DNA from: Mycoplasmatales bacterium
GTDB taxonomy: Bacteria; Bacillota_I; Bacilli_A; Mycoplasmatales; MT37
Length of the DNA: 64,000 bases
Reading direction: 5' to 3'
NCBI GenBank assembly: GCA_965196725.1
Contig: OZ239770.1
Span: 130 to 64,129, forward strand
The position numbers and the translations under genes were made by a program. Below, in pieces: positions 23,398-33,043 of the stretch (its first letter is position 1; the number at the start of each line of letters is the position of its first letter). The notes under the pieces are model-generated. The model was not told where the DNA came from. It did not search any database and was given only the letters and a program-made list of their open reading frames with translations.

Positions 23398-24061
23398 CCA
23401 ACGAACCGTTGAGATAAGCTTTTTGAATAATTCCTTTAATTCCGGCGACGGTTGGTGGTCGATTGAAAACAACTTGTAACTCTTTCATATTCACAAAATC
23501 ATGAATCCCATCAGTGGTAAGGAGAAGTCCATCGATATCAAAGGGCAGAACCGAAAAATCAACGTAACAGTTATTACGATTAGATAATGAATTTTCCAAT
23601 AGATTTTCTCGTTTTAACCAAGAAAAGGTGTCTAAACGCCGGTCTTTTTGAACATGATCGGTGGTAATTTGATGAATTTTATTGTTTTTTAACTGAAAAA
23701 TTCGTGTATTACCAACGTGAAAAAGATAGAATTGTTTTTTGACAATTATCACAAAACTAAGGGTTGTGGCAATGTCGGTTAATGCGCTTTGTAAGGCACT
23801 AAAAATGGTTTGTTGAACCAGTTTTTTTCCCCACTGTTCAATTTCTTCTTCGGTTAAGAGCTTAAAATTGGTTTGACGAAACTGAAAAGCTAAAATTTGA
23901 CATGATTTTTGACTAGCAATTTGGGATTGAGAAAGCGATCCAACACCATCGGCAATAGCAAAAAGCAGTTGGTTTCATTCATTTTTCGCATAAAGAGCAA
24001 AATCTTGATTCTGCAAACGGTTAGCATTATTATAAGTATTTTTTCAAATTTTAATTTTCAT
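23351..24061 (-). CDS. prpC: PP2C-family Ser/Thr phosphatase
   Basis: ATG is at 24061. Translates ...LFAIADGVGS...FHVGNTRIF...LLLTTDGIHDFV.. (the PP2C metal-binding Asp motifs). It lies directly upstream of the kinase. Confidence 0.85.
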
Positions 24062-24115
24062 AACAGTATTATTATATAACCGCAGTGATAAAAGCGCAAA
24101 TTCTTCTCTATTCTG

Positions 24116-25279
24116 TTAAGAACGATGACTTTTTAACTTTTGCCGAAGGAAAATAGCAATTTTAGCGACTGTTTCTGCCAAATTTTGGTTTTCAATGTAA
24201 AAATCACAAAGATTTTGCGAAGTAACCGTTTGCAATTCTTTCTTGGTTATTTGTAAGCGATGGGCAATTTCGTTGGCTGTTTCACTATTTCGTTTTTCTA
24301 ACCGTTTTTTGATTGCCACCAAATTAGGCGGAAAAATGAAAATTCAAATAGCCTGAGGATAAAGTTTTTTCACCGTTTGGGCACCCTGAATTTCAATTTC
24401 AAGCAATGGATTCTTACCCTGGTTAAAAATTGTTTGAGTATGGTAAAACGAAGTTCCGTAATAATGATCAAGATATTTAGCATATTCTAAAAAATAACCC
24501 TTTTCAATCTCGGCTTCAAATTCGGCGGTGCTTAAAAAATGATAATCTTGATGATTAATTTCGGTTAAACGTTTTTTACGAGTAGTACAAGAAACTGAAT
24601 AGCCAAGGTTTAAATCTTTTAAACGTAATAGTTGATGTAAAATGCTTTTTTTGCCGACCCCGGAAGGACCAGAAAAAATAATTAGTTGTTGGTCCTTGAA
24701 ATCCAGGCGCGCTGAAGCAAACTTAGCGCTTTTTAACTGATAATAAAAAAGTTTAGTTCGCCCATATTGTTTGGTTTGGAAAAGAGTTAATTTGCGATCA
24801 GAAAAAGGAAAAGCACAATCTAATTGAACAACAATAATGGCATTTGAATTTAAAAGGTGGTGTTCTAATAATCCTTCAATTGCTTGTTGAGCGTATTCGG
24901 GATGCGAATATGGTGGAGCTAAAAAAATAAGGTCTAATTTGACACGCAGTTGAAAAAGTTGATTGAGAAATTGGCGATGATTAAGGTTATCAACTTGAGC
25001 ATTTTGAACGGCAAACTTGGCAAGATTAAGGTTTAAATGCTTGGTATTTAAATGATTTAAATCATTAAAATAACAAAATTGTGCTCCACGCGACAAACTT
25101 TCAATTCCTAAAATCCCTGATCCGGCAAAAACATCGGCAACAATTGCTTCAGCTCAATTAATGCGAAAATGCAAAGTATTAAAAAGGTTTTCACGCACCG
25201 AACTTAAGATCGGACGAAAATGGAGTTTTTTAGGCAATGATAATTGACGATATTTATATTTACCAGCAATAACACGCAT
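24116..25279 (-). CDS. rsmD-gmk: fused 16S rRNA m2G966 methyltransferase (RsmD) / guanylate kinase (Gmk), single 387-aa reading frame
   Basis: ATG is at 25279. The RsmD part is MRVIAGKYKYRQL...FAGSGILGIESLSRGA...DLIFLAPPY...TKQYGRTKLFYYQLK, roughly 25279 to 24745. The linker is SAKFASARLDFKDQQ. The Gmk part is LIIFSGPSGVGKKS...CTTRKKR...YYGTS..., ending at TAA 24116. There is no TAA/TAG and no in-frame ATG/GTG/TTG at the junction, which I checked codon by codon. Confidence 0.85.
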
Positions 25280-25399
25280 TTTTTTAAACCAATCAAGCAG
25301 GAAAATCTTTCATAGTCGCAAATTAAACAGGTATAATTGTTAATCAATTAACGACTATTTTTATTAGTATAATTACAAAACGAGTGATTTGGAAAAAAA

Positions 25400-27043
25400 A
25401 TGAGTAAAACGCTAATTTATGCGCTTGGTGGTCTGGAAGAAGTTGGAAAAAACACCTATTGTATTGAGCATAACAATGAAATTATTATCATTGACGCGGG
25501 TTTAAAGTTTCCGAATAAGTACTTTCTAAATATCAATTTTATCCTTCCTGATTATCAATATTTAGTTAAAAACAAACATAAAATTAAAGGTCTGTTCATT
25601 ACCCATGGTCATGAAGATCATATTGGTGGGATTCCCTTTTTAATCAAAGCAACCGGGTTAAAAACGATTTATAGTCCAACTTTTGCGAATGATTTAATCA
25701 AATTAAAAACGAAAAAACAAACTGTGCAAATCGTTCCTTTTCACCATGATAGTGTATTTCGGTTGCGCCATTTTGAAGTCAGTTTTTTTATTATTACTCA
25801 TTCGATTCCGCATTCGTATGGTGTTGTTGTTAAAACGCCAAATGGGAGAGTGATTTACACCGGTGATTTTAAATTAGATTGAACGCCATTAGGAAAAAAA
25901 ACGGAAATTCATAAAATTAGCGATCTTGGTAAAAAAGGAGTTGATCTTTTGTTGTCTGATTCAACCAATGCGGAAATTCCCGGTCATACCTTAACAGAAA
26001 GCGCAATTATGCAAAATATCAGGCGCATTTTTGAACAAAATGTTGATAAACGAATTTTTATTACCACATTTGCTTCCAATATGAACCGGATTATTCATCT
26101 CATTCAGATGGCAGAAAAATGTAAGCGTAAAATTTTAATCTTGGGACGAACAATTGAAAATGCTCTAAATATTTTTCGGACTAAAAAGTATTTTAAAATC
26201 GATTTTAAAAACTTTATTAAACTTGATGATCTACATAAGTATCGTCCCGAAGAAATTCTGATCATATGTACAGGTTCACAAGGTGAACCAACCTCGGTAA
26301 TTAGTAAATTGGCCAATCAAGAATATCCGAAAATTACGGTTGCGAAAAAGGATTTATTCATTTTTTCTTCCAAACCAATTCCGGGCAATAACTACATCAT
26401 AAACAATGTTATCAATAAACTTTTCAAATTAAATGCGGAAGTTCAAGTTGATACAGCAACGAGCAGAGTGCATACTTCTGGTCATGCTTCACAGGAAGAA
26501 CAAAAAATTTTACTGGTTTTGTTAAAACCAACTTATTTTTTGCCGGCTCATGGAGAATACCGGATGTTAAAGGCGCACAAAGAAACCGCAATTAAATTAG
26601 GCATGAAAGCCGAAAATACGTTTCTAATTCCTAATGGCCAGCAACTTGAATTAGTCAAAGGAAAAATCAAGTTAGGGAAAAAGATTCCCGCTGATCCAGT
26701 TTTCATTGGGAACAATCCGAATAACAATGATGATCTAGCAACTTTAAATGAGCGGCAAATTTTACTAACTAATGGGATTGTCAACGTCATCTGTTTTTAT
26801 AATTCCATTAATAAACAGTTCCGGGAAGCCCCTTTTTATCAAGTATTTGGCGTGAATGGCTTCGAGGCGGACCAAAAATTTCTTAAAATCTTAAATACAG
26901 AAATTATGACAATCGGACAACAAAGTGAATTCAAACAGACAACAATGCAAAGAAGAGAAAAAATAATTGAAATGGCTTTAAGTCGCCAATTTTATAAGGT
27001 GAAAAAGAATAATCCTATGATTAAGGTTTTTATTCATGAATAG
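25400..27043 (+). CDS. rnj: ribonuclease J
   Basis: Translates MSKTLIYALGGLEEVGKNTY...ITHGHEDHIGGIPFL (metallo-beta-lactamase HxHxDH), with a beta-CASP region ...HTSGHASQEE. Two fragments join via TGA. Confidence 0.93.
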
Positions 27044-27055
27044 ACTGGTTTAAAT

Positions 27056-27541
27056 TTAAGCTTTATATCGTTTAAACCCATCAGCAATCAAAGTTAAACT
27101 GGCTTCTAAACTAATTCAACCTTTAATTTTGACATCTTTGTCTTCTAAATCTTTATAATGGGCAAAGAAATCAGTGATGACCGCTTTTTGATGCTGATTA
27201 AGATCTTTTAAACTTTTGAGATGAGAATATTGTGGATCATTGCTAATTACGGCCAATAATTTCCGATCAACTTCATTTTCATCTAACATATCAAGCCCAC
27301 CGATTACTCGAACAGTTGCTAACGAACCAGGCAAAAGAGGATGGGCGGTTAAAATAAGCACATCAAGCGGATCACCATCCAATTCTAGGGTTTCAGGAAT
27401 AAAACCATAATTTCCGGGATAACGATGCGTCCCGAACAGGAACCGATCTAATCGAATTTGTTGGCGTTCTTTATCATATTCGTATTTAATTTTAGAACCC
27501 TTCGGAATTTCGATCAAAACATCAAATTGATTTTCTAACAT
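27056..27541 (-). CDS. ppa: inorganic pyrophosphatase (family I)
   Basis: Translates MLENQFDVLIEIPKGSKIKYEYDK...YPGNYGFIPETL..DGDPLDVL... It extends past TGA at 27116 to TAA at 27056-27058. Confidence 0.93.
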
Positions 27542-27543
27542 AG

Positions 27544-27559
27544 TGTATAATATTATACA
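27544..27559. promoter_or_regulatory. perfect 16-bp palindrome TGTATAATATTATACA carrying a TATAAT box on each strand
   Basis: It starts 2 nt from the ppa ATG (27541). On the minus strand the -10 box ends 10 nt before that ATG, giving a near-leaderless mRNA. On the plus strand TATAAT is at 27546-27551, 76 nt before the next gene. Confidence 0.4.
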
Positions 27560-27626
27560 ATTTTATCTCTAGCTCTAGCAAAAAAGATTTTTCCCTTATT
27601 TTATATTTTTTTAATTTAAATTAAAG

Positions 27627-28247
27627 ATGTTTTTGAAAAAAAAAGGCTCGAAATGAGCAATCAAAAAGTTTGCCGGAAAAAAGCGCCGTGCTAAAATTCG
27701 TGAGCTTGTAATTATTGCCTATTTAACGGCGGTCACTTCAACGATTGCTAGTTTTCATTTTTCAATTCCATTTGAAGGGATTGAAATTAAACTTGATTTA
27801 GGTGATCTTGTCTTTTTAATTGCAATTGGCTTAGTTAAATTTTCAACGCTTGCCTGGGCAGCAATTTTGGTTCCAATTATCGATAATACTATTCATGGCC
27901 ATAATTGATTTGCAACCCCATTGGAAAGCGGGGCTAATTTTATAGCATTATTTATTGTTAGCCAAATTTTGAAAAGAGTTCAAAAATCAGAAAAATGGGG
28001 TTGAAAACTTTTGGTTGCTAGCCTGTTGTTTTGCGCTATTGTGCCAATTAAAATCTTTTACAACAGTTTAGTTGCTTTTATTCTGCTTAGACAAGATCAC
28101 GATTTGAAAGGATTGCTGATTTTAGTTGGGTTAATTTCTGTTATCAATTGTTTAAAATACGGCGTTATAATCTATTTAACCATTCTAGTACGTACCGATC
28201 TGAAACCATGGAAGTTAAAACGAGAATTGTCAAATACGGTAAATTAA
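27627..28247 (+). CDS. polytopic membrane protein (possibly an ECF-transporter S-component-like protein)
   Basis: ATG 27627 is in frame with ORF 28011..28247 via TGAs. It is 206 aa with a basic N-terminus (KKFAGKKRRAKIRE) followed by 5-6 hydrophobic helices. The functional assignment is weak. Confidence 0.5.
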
Positions 28248-28864
28248 GAGAAAAAGTTGATCAAGAAATTAAGATCATGAAACTGAAAGAAGCAAGTCAT
28301 GATCCAAAAAGTTGAGTTCCTAATTACGATGAAATTAACGAAATTAATCCTGACTTTTTTTTAAATGCCATTCAGTATAAAAATAATTTATTTCCGGTCT
28401 TGAAACCATTTTTAAAAAACGAAGAACAACAAAGTAAGCTTGACTTTGACACCACGCTTAAACAACTGGAAAATTTACAACAACAAATTAACGATTTTAG
28501 TCAACCTTTAACGGATAATAAACAAACTTTGGCTGATTATATTCCCAATTTAACCAATGAAAGATTTTTACGCCAAAAGCAGGAAAACCTTGTTTATGAA
28601 TTAACTATTTTGGATGAAGTTTTCCAAAATCACCAAATTCAAACAAAACTGCAAAACCGGAAAAGCACGAAATTAATTAGCAAGAATGAAATCATTAATG
28701 AAATTGTCAAAAATAATCGTCAGATTGATGAAAAAATTGCTATTTTTGAAAAAATCGGGAATCAAAACAAGCGCAAAACAGTTTGAATTCTGTTTACTTC
28801 ATTGTTTTTAATTATTGCGATTGCAAGTGCTTTAATGGTTTATTTTTGATGAAATGTTAAATAA
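28208..28864 (+). CDS. hypothetical coiled-coil protein with a C-terminal TM anchor
   Basis: It is in frame with ORF 28400..28786. The body is rich in Gln, Glu and Lys (..LKQLENLQQQINDF..). After a TGA it ends ..KRKTVWILFTSLFLIIAIASALMVYFWWNVK. The start is ATG 28208 (40-nt overlap with the previous gene) or ATG 28277. Confidence 0.55.
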
Positions 28865-30944
28865 CAAACATAATCTGACCCAAAAAGAACCGCGTGGAAC
28901 CTGAATTATTACCATTGATGGGGAAGCAGCCACCGGCAAAAGTAGTTGCGGGCAAAAGTTAGCAAACGAATTGGATTTTACCTTGATTGATACCGGTTTC
29001 TACTATCGTTTTCTTACCTGATTAGGATTAAAAGAACAACTCACCGGACCATTTACTCCACAAACAAGCACACAATTATTAAAATTAGCAAACAATAATT
29101 ACTATTATGATTTTACCAAACAACAATTTTATTATCACCAGAAAGAAATTACAAACGAATTATTTACCCTAACTATTGCCAATCAGATTCAACATGTTAG
29201 TACCAATAAAGATTTGCGCGCTTACATTACCAAAACAGTGCGTGCCGAAAGTGTGCGACAAGATACAATTTTGGTAGGACGCGATGCAGGCAGTAATATC
29301 GCCAAGGATGCGGAGGTTAAATTTTTCCTTACTGTGAATGAAAAAGAGAAAATTCGGCGCCGCAGACAACAACTAAAAAATACGGACCAAAAAGTAATTA
29401 GCGCCATGCTTAAACAACGCGATGAAAGCGATAAAACGCGTCAATTGGATCCATTAAAACCTTTACCAAGTTCAATTATTCTTGATACAAGCGATCTAAC
29501 AATCAAAACAGTTGTAAATTTTATGTTGAATCAAATTAAACTCTTATTAACCACCAAATTGCCGCAAATTATTCTAATTGGTCCCAGTAATGTTGGCAAA
29601 TCAACCTTGTTTAATCGTTTAACCAGGGGAACAACATCGTTGGTTTCACGTCAACCTTTTACAACCAGGGATTTAGTTAAACAACGAATTGTTATTAACC
29701 ATCATCCGGCGCTTTTAATTGATAGTGGCGGAATTGAACCTAAGTTAAATACGCCGCTTCATCATCTGATTCTGGAGCGAAATCTAACCAGCATTAAAGA
29801 AGGGGCAGTGTTTTTGTTGGTTTTTGACTTGAACCAAATCTGCACCGAAAAAGAAAAATGATATTTTAACCTCTTAAAACGGTTCAAAAAACCAGTTATC
29901 CTGGTTTTAAACAAAGTTGATCAGTGTCAAACCAGAGTTCAAAACCAACTCAGTTACCAAAAATTGGGCATCAAAGAACAACTTATTATTTCTGCCAAAC
30001 AAAAAACGAACCTTTGAAAATTAATCCAAAGTCTAGCAAAACATCTCCTTGCCAATCACAAAGCATGAGAAGAAAAACTAATGAGAATGGAATTAGGACC
30101 AGGGATTGCTTTGTTTGGGCAAACAAATGTGGGTAAATCAACCCTTTTTAACGCTTTAATTGGGAAGGAATTAGCTATAACTTCCCCTTTCGAACACACA
30201 ACAACTAATTTAATTCAATTTACGATTATGTTAGGTAAGCAACATCTTAATTTGATTGATACCGCTGGACAAAGACGCAAAAAACAAAAAAGATCGCTCA
30301 TTGAAATCGTTTCCAATAAACAAGGCGAAAACTTATTAAAGATGATCGATATTGCAATCTTAGTGTTGGATGGAAGTAAACCAATCACTGATCAAGATCA
30401 GCGCATTGCCTGAAAATTACGCCAACATCGGCTTCCAATTCTTTTGATTGTTAATAAAAGTGATTTGTTGCAAAAATGACCACGCAAGGAAACTATTTAT
30501 CATCATTTCCCCCAACTTGCCAAAAAAAATCTCCTCTTTACCAACAGTTTAAATTTAACCAATCGGGAACGAATTGGAAGCGAGTTACTCGCTATTTTTA
30601 AGGAAAAGAGACGAGTTTACGCCGTGTTAACCCGACGAAACAAACAGAAACAACTTAACCATTGATTGAACGAACAAAACTGAAATGGTAAAATTTATGC
30701 TTTTACATACCAAAATGGTGTTTTTAACCTTGCTGTTGATCCGAATTTATATCGGCAAAAAAATTGACAAAAACACTTGGAAAAACAGATTGTGAAAACA
30801 GAAAAATTTCAACGGATTAAACCTGTTTTTATTTACAAAAACCAGAAAAATATTGTAGAATGTGAAGATAGAGGAAAAAAAGGAGACAAACGATATGAAA
30901 AAAAACAAATTTATCGAGTTGTTAGCAAAAAAAGTTGACATTAG
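28854..30944 (+). CDS. cmk-der: fused cytidylate kinase (Cmk) / ribosome-assembly GTPase Der (EngA), single 696-aa frame
   Basis: The Cmk part runs from about 28854 to 29540: ITIDGEAATGKSSCGQKLA...GRDAGSNI...LDTSDLTI. The Der part has GTPase domain 1 (LIGPSNVGKSTLFNRL, DSGG, NKVD), GTPase domain 2 (LFGQTNVGKSTLFNAL, DTAGQ, NKSD) and a KH-like tail. I checked the frame codon by codon to TAG at 30942-30944, which is 50 nt inside hup. Confidence 0.85.
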
Positions 30945-31173
30945 TCGCAAGAAGGCAGAAATGCTTTACAACACTACATTCAATATGTTGGTTGATAGCA
31001 TTATGGCAGATAAAAGTCATAGCGTAAGCGGATTTGGAAGCTTTACGGTGACACAACGCGCAAAACGAAAAGGGATTAACTTGCAAACCGGAAAAGCAAT
31101 TACCATTCCGGCGAAAAAGGTTCTTAAATTTAAGGTAAGCAAAAACTTAAAAGAAAAAATTGCAAAACTGTAG
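30895..31173 (+). CDS. hup: DNA-binding protein HU
   Basis: Translates MKKNKFIELLAKKVDISRKKAEMLYNTTFNMLVDSI...GFGSFTVTQRAKRKGINLQTGKAITIPAKKVLKFK. It is preceded by AAAGGAG. Confidence 0.9.
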   Translation: MKKNKFIELLAKKVDISRKKAEMLYNTTFNMLVDSIMADKSHSVSGFGSFTVTQRAKRKGINLQTGKAITIPAKKVLKFKVSKNLKEKIAKL

Positions 31174-31190
31174 TTTTGTGATCGAATTGT

Positions 31191-31227
31191 CAGCACTTAT
31201 TCGGCTAGAATAGGTGCTGGCGTTTTT
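31191..31227 (+). terminator. rho-independent terminator after hup
   Basis: A 10-bp stem CAGCACTTAT / ATAGGTGCTG (one G:U pair) with a 9-nt loop is followed by GCGTTTTT. Confidence 0.7.
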
Positions 31228-31245
31228 ACACCACCAGGAAAAAAG

Positions 31246-31557
31246 ATGAAATTAACCGCCGAGCAAGTTTTAGAGAAAAAATTTACCGTTGATTTAAAAG
31301 GTTATGACACGCATGAAGTTGATTCATTTCTTGATTTAGTGATCGAAGATTATCAAGAGTTTAAAAAAAACCAGGAAGAACAAAATCAAAAAATTAATGA
31401 ACTGACATTAATCAAAGAAAAACTGAAAGAAGAAATTCAATTAAAAGAACACCGTTTAAACGCTTTAACCAAACAAATCCAAATCCTAGAAAGCAAAGGA
31501 TTATCAAACATGGATCTGTTAAAACGCGTTAATAAACTCGAAGAAAATAGTAAATAA
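31246..31557 (+). CDS. gpsB: DivIVA-domain protein (GpsB-like)
   Basis: Translates MKLTAEQVLEKKFTVDLKGYDTHEVDSFLDLVIEDYQEF... followed by a coiled coil. It lies directly upstream of rnpB, as gpsB does in Bacillus. Confidence 0.75.
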   Translation: MKLTAEQVLEKKFTVDLKGYDTHEVDSFLDLVIEDYQEFKKNQEEQNQKINELTLIKEKLKEEIQLKEHRLNALTKQIQILESKGLSNMDLLKRVNKLEENSK

Positions 31558-31579
31558 ACCAAAATCCCGGTAAAATAAC

Positions 31580-31886
31580 AATGGGAGGCGTTTTCGGTTA
31601 ACTGCTGGTAGAAAATACCAGAGGAAAGTCCGTCCTTGCACAATCTGTGATGATTGTAGTGTTTGTATTTCAAGAAATTGAAAGCAGGAACAGACCTCCT
31701 TGTTTCTGACGACTAGTGCCACAGAGACGAGTAATGTGAAACGCGGTAAACTCTACAAGCAAGCAACTCAAATTTTGGTAGAGGCATCCAACCAACAGAA
31801 GCGAATGGTGGTTGGAATTTAATTTTTTTTAAATAGATAAATAGTTAACGATAACAGAAGATGGCTTATAGAAAATGCTTCCCGCT
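31580..31886 (+). ncRNA. rnpB: RNase P RNA (compact, about 305 nt)
   Basis: The conserved blocks are GAGGAAAGTCCG (31621-31632), AGTGCCACAGAGACGAG, CGCGGTAAACTC and ACAGAAGATGGCTTA (31854-31868). P1 pairs GGGAGGC (31583-31589) with GCTTCCC (31877-31883). The ends are approximate. Confidence 0.85.
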
Positions 31887-31994
31887 TGACTTTGCTTAAT
31901 TTACCTTAAACAAAAATAAATCAAAAATTCAGCAGAAAAAGTTTGCCACTTTTAGTTGGTAAAACCACTAAATTAATTTTAAGCAGTTAATTAG

Positions 31995-32930
31995 ATGGAA
32001 AAAAAACTTTTAGAAATTATTAAATATTATCAAGCCGATGTTGTCAAGCAAGAGCAATCAGAAGTGTTTTCAACCGGTAGTTTATTGCTTGATCGCATTA
32101 CGGGAATTGGCGGTTATCCGCAAAAACGGATAATTGAAATTTATGGACAACCTTCAACCGGCAAAACAACGTTAGCAATTTACGCAATCAAATCAATTCA
32201 GACTGTTTTTCCGACTAAAAAAGTGGTCTTTCTTGACGTTGAGCGAACGCTCAACTTAGAATACGTCAAACAATGTGGGGTGAAAACAACAGATCTTATT
32301 CTGTTACGACCCAAAAACGCAGAAGAAACTTTTAATTTAATTGTTGATTTTTTAAAAACCAATTTAATTAGTTTAATTATTGTTGATTCCGTTGCTGCCT
32401 TGCTGCCACAAAAAGAAGAAGGAAATAAAATGGAAAACGATACAATCGGTTTGCAAGCACGATTAATGTCAAAAGCATTGCGGAAAATCAATTATCTTTT
32501 AAGTGCAAAAACGGCGACAATTATTTTTATTAACCAAACACGGGAAAAAATTAAAAAATTCTTTGGTAATCCGGAAATTACGAGCGGCGGCAATGCTTTA
32601 AGATTTTACGCTTCACTAAGAATTCAGTTACGGCGGATCTCATCAACCAATTCGAAAAAAAGCAGTTTTTTAACACAAGCTAAAGTTGTGAAGAACAAAT
32701 TAGCACCACCATTTCAAATTTGTGAACTGGAATTTCTTTATAATCATGGCATTAAACAAGAATGAGAAATTATCAAATTAGGGTTGGAGCAAAAAATTAT
32801 TACCAAAAAAGGGAACTGATTTTGGTATAATGAATATAGATTGGGTTTGGGTTATGAACAAGTCCTAAGTTTTTTATTGAAAGAGCCCAATATCAAGCAA
32901 AGTATTTTAAAAAGTTTAAAAATATTATAA
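31995..32930 (+). CDS. recA: recombinase RecA (short, no acidic C-terminal tail)
   Basis: It has Walker A GQPSTGKTT, then IIVDSVAAL, GLQARLMSKALRKI and INQTREKIKKFFGNPEITSGGNALRFYASLRIQLRR. It extends through TGAs to TAA at 32928-32930. Confidence 0.93.
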
Positions 32931-33043
32931 ATTTTTAGTTCCTTAAAACTGAAATGAATTAATCCTATTCATAACTTTGATTGTTTTATTAACCCTTTAA
33001 CTTTATCTTTAGATTCATATTAAGAATATTAGGGAGATTAATT

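Noticed and set aside
29924-30136. A 70-aa plus-strand ORF sits inside the der region in a different frame.
   Set aside because: The frame carrying the Der G-motifs is continuous through this region. The alternative frame gives low-complexity sequence with no motif.
32823-32831. TGGTATAAT lies inside the 3' part of recA and could be an internal promoter for rny.
   Set aside because: It sits within coding sequence (codons WFWYNEY), 213 nt upstream of rny. It could be a chance match in AT-rich DNA, and there is no supporting evidence without transcription start site data.
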